In this document: positions 40,281 through 57,570 of the stretch, piece by piece
Layout: the number at the start of each line of letters is the position of its first letter
Position numbering within the stretch: position 1 is the first letter of the stretch
Program-made: the position numbers and the translations under genes
Notes under the pieces: model-generated
The model's input: the letters and a program-made list of their open reading frames with translations, nothing else
Database searches by the model: none
What the model was told of the DNA's origin: nothing
Source: the human T2T-CHM13v2.0 reference genome, Homo sapiens
Length of the DNA stretch: 64,000 bases
Reading direction: 5' to 3' (one strand)
Assembly: GCF_009914755.1 (NCBI RefSeq)
Contig: NC_060932.1

Positions 40281-40834
40281 ATTATTTATTAAGAACATGT
40301 AGAAATACCACTGAATTAACTATACTTATCTTTGAGGCCAACTTTATTCATTTGGCCAAAGTGAATATCACCATTTAAAAACTGTGGAATACCCATATGG
40401 ATTATTAGATTAAATGCTGGCACTGGTGCTCTCTTAGTAGGGACCCAGGTTGTGAGACTTGATATTTATGTGACCAGAATAATTGTTTATTAACATATGT
40501 AGATAATAAATATAGTTACAACCCTAGATTGCATGTGTTGATGTTGACCTAGAGAGGATGTGATGCTGTTTGTGAAATAGAAAAGAGACTGTTGAACCAG
40601 TTAGCATGATTGATAAATGCGTTAATATGATTCTTAATGGGTTTTTATTATCTAGATTATTTTCCTAGTGGTTTATAACATTTTGAATTTTACAATCCAA
40701 AAAAAGTTGCCAGGATTGAATTTTTTGTTTAACTTCTGTTTTTACCATCTTTTCCTAAAACACTGGGCAAGAAAAGTACCTGGTATATAGTCAACCTAAC
40801 TCAATACATGGTAGTTGAATAAATGGATGGATGA

Positions 40835-41128
<294 letters not shown>

Positions 41129-41681
41129 TCATTGTGGGGTTTTAATGTGTATTTCCATATTGACTAATGAGGTTGAGCCTCTTTTCATGTGCTAATTAGA
41201 TATTTGTGTGTCTTCTGTTTTTGTGTCATCTATTCAAGTTTTTTGCTTCTGGGGGAAAGTTGCATGAGACTTCCGCATGATGGTGACCAGTTTGCAGAGT
41301 CCCTGATGACTCTACAGACAGAAATGATCCAGGAACATGGCTTTTGGGGCCTGATGTACCACCTGCACTATAGCTCCAAGAATCATGAACTCAAAGTATA
41401 AAATTGAGGCAATAAATAAATCTCAATGGATTTCTAAGATATAAATGGTATAGAATTGGATGTACGTCCAGACTAATAGTCATACATGAGCAGTTTTATG
41501 GGACATGGTTTTGATTTTTATGATGATCTGGAGAAGGAATTGTTTCTCACAGAAGCAGTAAGAGCAGTGGTTTGGAACTTGGACTCTGGAATCAGATACT
41601 GTATTATATTTCTACCTCTGCCATTTACTATGTCTTCTTTGGGTGACTTCCTAATACCTTTGGACTTCAGTTCCCTCATCA

Positions 41682-42149
<468 letters not shown>

Positions 42150-42206
42150 CTAGCTCTTGTTATTACTGACTTCAAGTTGACACACTGGCATGTTTATATC
42201 ACTCTA

Positions 42207-42390
<184 letters not shown>

Positions 42391-42469
42391 GTATAGATTT
42401 CCTTAGGGACTAAGCAGGCTTTATTATTGGGTAACCATTTATTTATGTATTAAACAGCAAACATAAATG

Positions 42470-43920
<1,451 letters not shown>

Positions 43921-44267
43921 TTAGAGTTTAGAGGGAAAGAGAAGGGGCAGACAGTGAGGGTGCAGTGTTATCAGTGCTTTGGTGGAAGCAGCACAGGAGC
44001 CAGGAGAACACTAGGAAGAATAGAACTCAGATTGAAAGCAAGGTCAGGCAAAGTTCCCCAGAGGAATTGGTTAGCAAATTTTTAAAGTGCATGTCACGTG
44101 GAAAGAACTTGGAACCATGGGCGGATGGGCGGCAGCTCATGTGGCATCTGTGGAAGAGAAGTCTTTCTTGAGACTTTTGCCGCTGTTGCCTGCAGTCCTT
44201 TGGCTGTAGCGCTCAGTGGCCAGGATGCCAGATAGTCCTCATTGGTTGTTTTTTTTTTTCTCCCCAG

Positions 44268-44453
44268 TGTCCAGCAAGCACCCATTTGTGGACAGCAATC
44301 TTCTCTACCAGTTCAGAATGAACTTCCGGCGGAGGCGAAGACTGATGGAGCTGCTCAATGAAAAGTCCCCCTCCTCCCAGGAAACTCATGACAGTCCCTT
44401 CTGCCTGAGGAAGCAGAGCCATGACAATCGGAAATCTACCAGCTTTATGTCAG
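44268..44453 (+). CDS. DEPTOR: DEPTOR coding exon (exon 5; 186 nt, phase 1->1), end of DEP2 and start of linker
   Basis: T-tract + ccccag acceptor; encodes VSSKHPFVDSNLLYQFRMNFRRRRRLMELLNEKSPSSQETHDSPFCLRKQSHDNRKSTSFMS; donor G|gtatgc; frame continues from previous exon. Confidence 0.97.
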
Positions 44454-44730
44454 GTATGCCATCCCGGCATTTATTGGAGCTCAAGTGTTTGTCTTTTGAG
44501 AAATAGTGGAGCCATGACTCACCTTTGTGAAATTCTGTTCTCTATCAGAGCGTAGAATTTTTACTTATTCATAACCAAGAAGCATGAAAAAAATTCTGAA
44601 ACCCTAAGTTTTTCTTGCACAGCCAACTTAGATGCCAGGACTCTGTTTTATAAAATTATGTATTTGAATTATAGAAGTCCTCTAGGCTCTCACTCAAACC
44701 TCATTTACTTTTCATTTACAAGCCATTCTT

Positions 44731-45180
<450 letters not shown>

Positions 45181-45349
45181 TTACAAGTAGTTTTTATATA
45201 TCATTTAATTATTCAGTTTTGTAAATCACAACTTTGCAAAGCTATCCATTTCAAAGATGAATAAGAAGATTATTTCTGTGGGCATTTACACCAGTAACCA
45301 CAAAAAAGTGACTGGTTATCCACCCGTTATCAGGGGTGACAGAGAACAA

Positions 45350-45519
45350 ATCTCTACTAAAAGTACAAAATTTAGCTGGGCGTGGTGGCGGACACCTATG
45401 GTCCCAGCTACTCAGGAGGCTGAGGCAAGAGAATCGCATGAACCCAGGAGGCAGAGGTTGCAGTGAGCCCAGGTTGTGTCACGTACTCCAGCCTGTGCAA
45501 CAGGGCAAGACTCCATCTC

Positions 45520-45561
<42 letters not shown>

Positions 45562-45562
45562 T
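45350..45562 (+). mobile_element. 5'-truncated Alu with A-tract/(TA)n tail
   Basis: Starts at atctctactaaaag; tail of poly-A then (ta)n. Confidence 0.85.
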
Positions 45563-45722
45563 AAAGTAAGTGGCAGAGCTGCAACTCAAGTTCTTGTTTT
45601 TCTGCCACTAAGACCAGTGTGCTTTCTCCTGGCCCCTCTGGACCTTGCAGTTGAAAGCCTATGTGCTCTAGTGAGCCGAGACCACCCCCTTGGTGACTGT
45701 GTGTGTTCTCTGGCCTACACAG

Positions 45723-45857
45723 TGAGCCCCAGCAAGGAGATCAAGATCGTGTCTGCAGTGAGGAGAAGCAGCATGAGCAGCTGTGGCAGCAGCGGCTACT
45801 TCAGCAGCAGCCCCACCCTCAGCAGCAGCCCCCCTGTGCTCTGCAACCCCAAGTCCG
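45723..45857 (+). CDS. DEPTOR: DEPTOR coding exon (exon 6; 135 nt, phase 1->1), Ser-rich linker with beta-TrCP degron
   Basis: Acceptor tacacag; encodes VSPSKEIKIVSAVRRSSMSSCGSSGYFSSSPTLSSSPPVLCNPKS; consensus donor G|gtgagt. Confidence 0.97.
45788..45805 (+). other. DEPTOR: Codons for the SSGYFS phosphodegron (approx. residues 286-291, includes Y289)
   Basis: agc agc ggc tac ttc agc read directly; its role as SCF-betaTrCP degron is established for DEPTOR. Confidence 0.9.
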
Positions 45858-48699
45858 GTGAGTGCCCAAAAGGTGGCCCCGCTCCTAAGACTGTGGGGAC
45901 TTGGGCAGGTCCCTGGGAAGCAGAATCTGAGATAGCGGGAGACTAGTGTGTGGGTTCTAATAAGTTAGAGCATGCTCTTGGGGTCCACACGTGTTGAATG
46001 GAAGGGAAGGAAGAATTGGGCTGAAGGAGAAATTGGGTTGTAGCCCAGTCTCAATGAAGGCTATCATTGACCCAGTAAGACCTCTGGAGCTGGGATGGCC
46101 CTTCCAAGTTGCCTGGAGTTGTGTTGAGGGGGCTGGGCCTTTAGATCCACATGTTGGCCACTTATTAGGTATTGGCTGCCCCTGGGAGGAGGGCATGACC
46201 TTGGGCAAAGCAGGTGTCTTCAGAGAGATGGTCTCCAAGACAGCTGAGGGCTGTCACCATTAGCACTCTCGGAGCTGGGAGAAGTCCCTGAGCCCTGAAG
46301 GGTGTTTTGGGCAGTATGTGACAGTGTTCACAGCAGGGGAAACAGCACTTCCCCAGAATGCAGCCGATGCATAAGATCTGTTGGGGCCCAACACCCTTAA
46401 GGAAGAAGCATGGATGTGTGCAAACCCAGCTATCCCTGGAATTGACCCTGGGTGTCTTGTGGTTTCAAAATCTGCTCATCAACCTCCATGGCCTTTATAT
46501 TCCAGGAAAAAAATCTAGGCACAAAATTGTTGGTGAACATGTACTTAGAAACAATCCTTCCTCCACCCAATCAGTTCATCAACCACCCAGGAACTGGTAA
46601 TCCATTGAAACTACCCTTTCTCACCATCCCTTACCCACCTAATGTCCTCACTTGCCAGGATGAGGATGTGTGGTCCATCACTACAGTAACCGCCAGAGAA
46701 CACTCTCAAACCCATTTGTTTAAGGCACTGTCCACCCCCAGTTCAGTTTGTCACCTTCGAGGAAGAGGCTCTGTTCCTTTTGTTCATGTTGTTTCCTCAT
46801 CATCAGATCTTGGGGATACAAAGATGACAGGTCATAACCCCCAACTCAATGAAAACACCACCTCTTTGGAGAAAAAAACAAAACATTTCATGTTAGTAAG
46901 AATAAGCACTAATTGATGCAGTTCAAAAGGCTTTGAGAGAAAACTCTGTCATCTAATGGTATTATCTAGGAAGGTGGCTCTTTTTCCTGATCTAACTTTT
47001 TTTCTTTTTTTGCTGCCTTCTGGAGTGTTAGCAGCAGGAATAAATGTAACCTGTAAGTGAATGAAGAAGCTTGCTTCCATACTGTCCTGGCTGAAGAGTC
47101 GTTGAGTACTGGGTTTTTCAATTACTGGAGCTTGCTGCTAAAGTAGAATGAAAAAGGAGAACTGAATTCTTAGAAATGGGATGTTTGAAGCCTTTGTAGA
47201 AATCTGACAGGCATCCTCAAAGTTAAAAGCAAAAGATCTCAGTTTCAATAAAAGGGTCAGTGGTGCCATAACCATTTTACAAGTTTTTGATTGCTTATGA
47301 TGGAGTATGAAAAAAGTGTTAATTACTGAAATTAGCAACAAAATCCATGTTCCCTGAGGTAGGTTAGCATGTTTCCTCTTTCTCCTTGCCTCTGGGTCAA
47401 AGGGAAGAGTTTACTGTTATGCAGGCAGAAGAAAAAGGTCTCGTTTCCTTTCGTGGGTCCCCAAGGACAAGAGCTGTCAGGACTGAGTTGTGGTTTGTAA
47501 ATTCCACTTCTTACCCATAGTTTGACAAGCTTCTCTCTCACTCTTAAGAGGATTCCCAAGACCCAGTGAGTTCATCTGTGATTTTTTTTTCTCAAGCAGA
47601 TGATCAGGCCTTCACAGTGATGCATTTAAAAATTAATTATCTGAAATACACCAGGATATGTTTTTTTAGTACTGTATATAAATGCCCTAAGCCAGACACA
47701 AAAAACAGTACTAAAGATATTGATGTTATCAGTATCATTGTGATAAGCAAATAAGCTTCCAAGGATATGAAAAGAAAAAAGTTTTCCCTAGGCCTCAAAG
47801 TTTCTATATTTTTCAACATAATAAAGAGAAGTGCATTAAAATGAATGGTCAGCTCTGCTGCCAAATAGTACAGTGTGATTCATGTATCCAAATTCATAAG
47901 CCCCCTGAGGGTTTATGGGGAGTGGAGAGAGAGTTACCTGACAGGGAATAAAAAAGATCTCAGTCCTCAAATACTGACCACTTTTCTTACCTCCCATCCA
48001 TCTGCTGAGAGATTCTGTTTCCATCTTGATATTTGACCTACTCCCTCTTGTTTGGCGAACATAAATTAATTTTTGCTTTTATGAGATTTCTGAAAGCAAA
48101 GGTGATAAGATCAGCAACCTGTCACCTCAACAAGAAGCACTGGATTGCCTTTCACTGAGAGGGTGCTTCTCAGGCCAGAAGGCCGTTCATGTAACCAGTG
48201 GGCGAGGTCCAGCTGCCTGGTAGATCATCACGCCTTGCCCCACGCTGCCTTTCCTTGTCTGCTGCACACTCTTTCCAGGACTGGTACCTGGCCTCTGACT
48301 GTCACTAGCAAAGGGGATCGGAGGATGCCACCTCACCAGGTTAGGCCCCTTGGCTGGGGCCTTTTCTGTTTCTCTGTGGCACTTCAAGTTCACAATGTCT
48401 GCAGAGCTGGATTAGAATGGTCTCTGTCCCCTGACCCCCTGGCTACTTGGGGAGGATACGACAGCCCCTCTCCAGTTCTTAGTGAGCACAGGATGGATGG
48501 GGGGGTTCATTATCGGTGGGTTTTAGGCAGCCGCAAGTCAGGAATTGGCTGCTGTCTGCCATCTTGGTGGGCAACAGCAGTGAGCTGATGTGAACGGGTG
48601 TCTCAGGAGGACAGCATGCCACTATCTTCCTGAGCTTCTAGACCCTTTCTTTTGCTTGCAGGACAGCATGGCCCAGAGTAAGTGTGGCACAGTAGCTGA

Positions 48700-48940
48700 G
48701 AGTGTGGGTGCTGGTGTCTAATGCCTGAGTTTGATTCTACTTCTGCCACCCATTCGCTCTGGGACCTTGGACACAATCAATTTAACTTTTCTAAGGTTGT
48801 TTTTGCAGTTATAAAATGGGGATAACAATGATCCTAACTCATTCATTCTTGTGATGATTAAGTGAGTTAATATATTCACCTCACATGGTGCCTCTCTAGC
48901 ATATGTTGAGTACTCAGAAAAGTTCACTAGCATTATTACT
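48700..48940 (+). mobile_element. MIR
   Basis: gaccttggacacaatcaatttaac..taaaatggggataacaat..gtgatgattaagtgagttaata. Confidence 0.7.
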
Positions 48941-48992
48941 CATGGCAGAAAGCAGTGGGTACATGCAGTCCTAGGTGTTAAGAAGGAAGTGA

Positions 48993-49366
<374 letters not shown>

Positions 49367-49550
49367 TTAGGGTTATTTATGTTTGCTGCTATTTTCTGTC
49401 TCCATTCAGCTAAAATATAAACTGTGAGGCAGGGATCTTTGCCACTTTTTCTCACTGATGGTCACCTACGAGATATCAATAAATAGCTGCTGAATGCATG
49501 GATAGAGGACTTGGAAGTGCTTATGTCTTGACATTGTGTTTGTCTGCCAG

Positions 49551-49621
49551 TGCTGAAGAGACCTGTCACCTCTGAGGAACTCCTTACTCCCGGGGCTCCG
49601 TATGCAAGGAAGACATTCACG
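49551..49621 (+). CDS. DEPTOR: DEPTOR coding exon (exon 7; 71 nt, phase 1->0)
   Basis: Acceptor tgtctgccag; encodes VLKRPVTSEELLTPGAPYARKTFT; donor ACG|gtaggc; absent from the ORF track but frame-consistent with both neighbours. Confidence 0.96.
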
Positions 49622-49906
49622 GTAGGCTGATGGTCTGGCCTTTTTCTCCCGTGCTGCCCATTTTTCTGCACCGTGTCCATGTGTCAATGGGTAGCTTATA
49701 GACTGAAATGAAAACTACTTTTCTAATTTTCTTTTTGTTTTTAGCGTAATTATGATACTAGGCTTTCTTGACCTCAAGGCACTAAGGTGCATTAGGACTT
49801 CACATGCGTTATTATTAATATACCATTTAAAAATTTTTTGATGTGTTCTTTGTTAAAGAAAAGATTTCCATTATGCATTTATTCTAATTTAATTGCAAAT
49901 TTCAAG

Positions 49907-50028
49907 ATTGGCATCATTTGCACTTGCATTTACCTTAAAATCTAATAATTTTAGATTTTATTTCCCACCATTAGTCATTTAAATTATTATTAGATTTTAT
50001 GGCAAATGGAAGTGCAAATGATGCCAAT
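49907..50028. repeat. 43-bp inverted repeat (3 mismatches) with a 36-nt spacer
   Basis: 49907-49949 vs reverse complement of 49986-50028. Confidence 0.92.
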
Positions 50029-50992
50029 AATCCCTTCTGCATTAGGATTAATTCTAGAAATTATTTAAAACATTAGGGGAGTGTTAAGCTAGAGAAAGGA
50101 AACTGTGGGATAAACTTTTCTACCGTAGGCAGGGTGCTTCGACAATGTGTGCATGCCTTGAGGTACACGAGCCTCTGACTTGCTGTGAGCAGCTCCGGAC
50201 CACCTGCCCCTTCTTGGAGGTCCTTTAGGTTCCTAATGCCTACATTGGATTTCTTCAAATGGAATGAAAGTGCTCCTTTCAGCATCACCGCACCCACTCC
50301 CCTTCCTGTGTCTCCTTCTGTCAATCTCCTCAAATTCACGTTCATACCCTCTTCAAAACACTTCTCCTCCTTCATCTTTTAACTTTAGTGGCATTGCCTC
50401 AGGCTGGGGGAGAATTCTATCCACACTCAGTCATGCTGCAAACATTTGCTGAGGGCTATTTCACATTCTGAATGCTGAGGAGTTAATAGGAGAAAGGCGC
50501 TGACAACATGTCTGTACCAGAGGAAAAGATAAACTCCACCTTCGGAAGTGAAATTGAGTATAATATACAAATAACAGCAAACTGTAAAGTAACGGAAGTG
50601 CCTGAAAATCTTGAGCATTTCCACAAAAATTTTCATTTGCCTCCCTGTTTTTCCTCAGTCTCCAGCATTCAAGAGAGGTAGATTGTTATTTTGAAAGTAT
50701 TTATTTTTGATTTTTAATTTAAATGCCAACATTGTTAGTAATTGATTGTGAATGTGTTTCAGCTGTGTTTTGGTTGGGATATGTGTGAAAGATGTGGCTA
50801 GGAGCTGTCCAGGGAATTAAACTGCCAGCTCTAATAATGATTTCTATAGAAAAGGCCTTCTCTAATTCCAAACAACTTTTGGATTAGAGTCTACTTGTAC
50901 ATTGTGAACTTTATGTACTTTTTCACTTTTTTTCCCCCCTTGGTGGAGAAAGGGGCATGGTGGAGCCCTTGGTGGAGGGCTCCCTTGGTGGA

Positions 50993-51292
50993 GGCTGGGC
51001 ATGGTGGCTCACGCCTGTAATCCCAGCACTTTGGAGGCTGAGGCGGGTGGATCACCTGAGCTCAGGAGTTCGAGACCAGCCTGACCATCATGGTGAAACC
51101 CTGTCTCTACTAAAAATACACAAAATTAGCCAGGCATGGTGTTGCATGCCTGTAATCCCAGTTACTCAGGAGGCTGAGGCAGGAGAATCGCTTGAACCCG
51201 GGAGGTGGGGTTGCAGTGAGCTGAGATTGCACTACTGCACTCCAGCCTGGGTGACAGAGCAAGACTCTGTCTCAAAAAAAAAAAAAAAAAAA
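50993..51292 (+). mobile_element. AluS
   Basis: Full dimer, poly-A. Confidence 0.9.
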
Positions 51293-51775
51293 GCCAGGTC
51301 TCTTTATTTCCCACCATTAGTAATTTCAATAATTATGCTAGACTTCAATGACGTTGCAGGATCAAGAGTGTATCATTTGGATACTGGGGAAAAGAACAAA
51401 CTTAGAGCAGAAATTGTATCTGGAGAGACATTTCAACCACGTTACGACTTTTTCTAAACCTTCTATTGGAGTCTGACATTAAATTGTATAACAGCCTAAG
51501 AAAGAGAAAATCTTCCAGTTGTTTATTGAATCATGCCCTCATGGGAGCATCTTCTTTCTGCCAAACAGGTTAGATTTTTTTTACCACCTTTTCTACAGGG
51601 AGATGCCCGGGTTTGTGATAGAAGCAGTGTTCCAATCCCCTGGCAGGGAAGAGAGAAACGGAGGAAAATATGTCACAGTGTATACTTAATCCTGGGCTGG
51701 TTTTCTCTCCCTCAGAAGAATAAGCAAATTGCCGGAGACAGTCGGCTGCTTGCTAATTGTGGTTTTCCTCTCTAG

Positions 51776-51880
51776 ATTGTTGGTGACGCGGTTGGCTGGG
51801 GTTTTGTGGTGCGAGGAAGTAAGCCATGCCACATCCAGGCTGTAGACCCCAGTGGCCCTGCAGCCGCAGCAGGAATGAAG
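51776..51880 (+). CDS. DEPTOR: DEPTOR coding exon (exon 8; 105 nt, phase 0->0), N-terminal half of PDZ domain
   Basis: Branch-like tgctaat (51751-51757), ttttcctctctag acceptor; encodes IVGDAVGWGFVVRGSKPCHIQAVDPSGPAAAAGMK (GWGF carboxylate-binding loop); donor AAG|gtacta. Confidence 0.97.
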
Positions 51881-52078
51881 GTACTAACGGGTCTTTCTCA
51901 CCCTCTTTTATATCTGTCTTGGGTTCTTCATGCTAAATTGGCCATGATTCTTACTAGGGATCCAAACCCATCTTATTTTGTGTCCTTTTCTATTTCTGCC
52001 CTCTCTTTCTTGTTCTCCAAAGTCTTTAACCTTTCCCTGGGTCTTCCCTCTCCTCTAATAAACATTTAGAAGTGTCTA

Positions 52079-52407
<329 letters not shown>

Positions 52408-53082
52408 TTAGCAGTGTCTAAATACCTCTAGCTTAATTTCATTATTTGGTGCCATGTGTACTTTTTCTCCCTAAGCGTTTTGGCTTCATTTTTGTCAAAT
52501 TTCCTTTTCCCTTTCTGAATGGGGTTAAAATGAAGCCAAGCACATATGATATAGGAACCAGGAGAGCAAGTTTTACTACCTCCCTGGTGTTTGGAGGTTT
52601 GGTCTCCAAACCTCCCCTGGTGTTTTACATGTTTCCCCTCAACCAATACTGAATTTGAAAAATTATGTATTTCCCTTTGCTTAAATCTTTGTGTAAGAAC
52701 TCCAATGCTTCTATTCTATGCAAGGTGTATTCCTGTGGGGTTTATGTAACCGGTAGCACATAATAGACCATACGACATAGCCAATACTGAGAAAAAGAAA
52801 ACAAAAACCATGAACTTTGGCAGAGATCTGGAGATCTAGATCTCGGTCCTGTTAGCTACTAGCTCGTTGACTTTGAACAAGTTTTATAGCATCTCAGAGT
52901 CTGTTTTCTCCTCTCTGAAATGACAATCATACTATTTCCCGTTGTTTTATGGATTAAATGTGTGGAAACCTTGATAAAGTACAAAGAGCTACACAAACAA
53001 CAATTCATTAATGAATGAATTATGGAAGATTTTTGAAAATAACTGTTACATATTTTTTAGTACTAAAATGATACATATACGT

Positions 53083-53390
<308 letters not shown>

Positions 53391-55165
53391 CACACATATA
53401 CAGTCAAGAAAATTTGGAAAATATATGCAAGCAGGAAAAAAATTAAAATTACTTCTAATCTTCCCTAACTCAGAGATGACTACTGTTAACATTTTTTAAG
53501 CAGCTTTATTTGAAGTGTGTAATTGGCATCCTATAAAACCTAGCCATTAACATTTTGATTTATATTCTTCTAGACTTCTTGTGTGTGTATATATACTATT
53601 TACATTGTTTTTATTTAAGAGGATGTTGAGGTTTTCTGCTTTGAAATACCTTTATATAGCACAGCTTTGTTCTATTGTCTGTGAAATGTTTCACAAAAGG
53701 GTATTTCTGTCTTGATTATCCAAAACCATAAGAGGATGCAGAAGGCTTAAAAGCTAAAGATCATTCCCCTGTTCATTTATTCAATACTTTCATCCTCTTC
53801 CATCAGTCTTTTCCTAGAGTAGCAATAAGCATGATTGGGATCGCCACCTCTCTGATTTCCAGCATGAGCTCTCTGGCATTGGTTTGCATGCTGGAAAAAA
53901 TAAGTGGGCAACAGAAAATGGCTCAAGGAAGCAAAGAGCACATTTACTGCTTGCCCAGGTAATCAGCGCTGGTATGATTAGGGGCTGCTTCCACCTTTTG
54001 ATTTGAACACCTCACTCATGTCGGGGAGGCACAGGCCCTGGGGTCCTGTGCTCTGGGGCAGCCATGGAAGCCCTGCTTGCGAAGGCGGTGCATGGCAGAG
54101 CCCTTCTACCTTCCCAGGACTGCAGCAGGCACAGCACCAAAGCAACTCAGAGTAGGAATGTTGGCCAGGATCATAAAAAAGCAAGCATTTGTGTCCATGC
54201 CAAGGCTGAATTTTTCATTTTCTAATGGAACTCTTGGCTGGGGAAGGATTTTATATTTTATTTCCACAATAAAGTACCTGGTATAAATTTTTTTTGGCAC
54301 AATGCTTCAGTTCTGAGTGTGCACTCACTCGCATGATGCTTTGGCTTAAAGAGCATTTCTTTTGAGGAAAGCAATGAATTTATTTACATTGCAACTAAAG
54401 ACCTTGTTTTGCTTAGCCAAATGTACAGTGAAATTAATTGATTTAGTTTATCTTTGTTGATGTACATACATAACCGTTCTGGGCATTGTCAACTCATTAA
54501 CTAACTCTTTAACGTATATTCCCTGATCGATGTTTTACCTGATATATTTTTTCAATTTCATAAGCTAATACTTCATATGGTTTATATGTTTAGTTTCTTC
54601 AGAGGTACACAGTGGTTTTCTTATGTTATAGAGCTTTACAGAGTTCATTAGAGCAGCCTTTCCATCACTGTATTATTACACAGCTCCCTGGTCCAGCAAA
54701 ACATCTGTCCTGAGGTTCTCTGATCAAAGCAGTTTTAAACTGCCACATACTTTATCCCCCTCTTAGAAATTTACAAAGCACATTAGCATATTGAAAACTC
54801 TGACAAACCTGGCAGGAGGAAAAAAAAACCTTGTTTAAATTGTTTAACATAACATTTTATCATTTAAGAGAAACATGCAAAAGGAATCTTTATCAGTGTT
54901 GTTGTTAAGATATAGCCCTAAAACCCTTCTAAGATTTTTGGCCAAACAGTATTGGAATTGATATAAAGTCATACACCACTTAATGACAGGGTTATGTTCT
55001 GTGAAATGGGTTTTAAGGCGATTTTGTCATTGTGTGACCATCATGGAGTGTACTTACACAAACCTGGATGGTATAGCCTACCACATACCTAGATATAGCC
55101 TATTGCTCCTAGGCTATAAACACTGTACAGCATGTTACTGTACTGAATACTGTAGGCAATTGTAA

Positions 55166-55583
<418 letters not shown>

Positions 55584-55622
55584 AATTTTTTAGCTTTATT
55601 ACAATCTTATAAGATGATGGGA

Positions 55623-55923
55623 GGCCAGGCTCAGTGGCTCATGCCTGTAATCCCAGCACGCTGGGAGGCTGAGGTGGGAAGATCACCCAAGGTCAGGAGA
55701 TTGAGATCTACCTGGTCAACATGCTGAAACCCAGTGTCTACTAAAAATACAAAAATTAGTCAAGCATGCTGGTGGGTGCCTATAGTCCCAGCTACTCAAG
55801 AGACTGAGGCAGAAGAATCACATGAACCCGGGAGGCAGAGGTTGTAGTGAGCCAAGATTGCACCATTGCACTCCAGCCTGGGTGACAGAGCGAGACTGTC
55901 TCAAAAAAAAAAAAAAAAAAAAA
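55623..55923 (+). mobile_element. AluS
   Basis: TSD aagatgatggga. Confidence 0.9.
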
Positions 55924-56512
55924 GATGATGGGACCACCATCACATATGCAGTTCATAGTTGACTGAAACATCATTATGCAGTGCATGACTATACAGAGAT
56001 ATACATTTTTAGTATTACTGTTTGTTGGTTAAATTACAATGATAGCAAATACCATGTCCTTCCGTATAGTTTAGCTGCTTATATTCATTAGAAATTATTT
56101 TGTACATTATTTTCTTACCGAAAATACTGACTCAATTATTTCCTATTTTACCATTTGTCATAGAATAATTTCACTTACAAAGAAGCCATTTGTATAATCT
56201 ATTCGTAAAGGCTTGTTCCCAGCAAGCTGTCATTGCTGCTATCTTCAACTCAGAAAACTGCAGAGTTTGGGGTGTGTAGTCGTCAAGAGGGTCCTGGGGT
56301 GCCCTGTGGGAAGGATCCGCCCACTTGGGCACTGATTAACCTGCTAGGTCTGAGTGGTGGAAATTTTCCAACATTCTGACCACATGCCTCCTTTTGGCAT
56401 CTCTGACTGTCCAGAGCTGACCTAGGATAGTGTAAAGTGCCTCAGTGTCCCTTCCTGCACTGAATGTCAGGCTCTCCCTTTAGTCAGGGTTCTCATTTTC
56501 CCCAGGTTTTGA

Positions 56513-56800
<288 letters not shown>

Positions 56801-57275
56801 TGACCAAGCATCTTTGAATTTGAGCTACTCTTATTTTGAAAGTTCTTTTACTTAAAAAATAAAATCTGTAAACGTCGGGCTTGGAGGACTTTTGTTTGGC
56901 ACTACAATTCTAGAATGGAGCATGAAATATGGAAATCATCAAAAGTTTCATCAACCCATGCAATGCATTTACATCAAGAAGTTGTTTCCTGCATTTTTCC
57001 TTTGATGACTTTTCACTCATCCTTGAAGAATTTTATATCCAGGGCTTTTGGTTTCCTTTCAATGCAAAGGGGAAAGGAGCAAACGAGAGAAGGAACTGTC
57101 TCTTCTATGTACCTGACCCTGAGCCGTGCAAGGCTCTTTCGCTACAGGAGCTCATTTAATGTCAGCATCCAGATACTCATATCCTAGAGGAAGAAATCAT
57201 TCCAGGAGGAAAAAAATCTGTCTCTTATCTCTTTGCTGCTACTTTGAAAGGGAAGCCAGTTCCTTCCCCAAGCTA

Positions 57276-57570
<295 letters not shown>

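Noticed and set aside
46358-48588. Non-repeat ORFs of 147-154 aa in intron 6
   Set aside because: Non-ATG starts, no recognisable domain; consistent with chance
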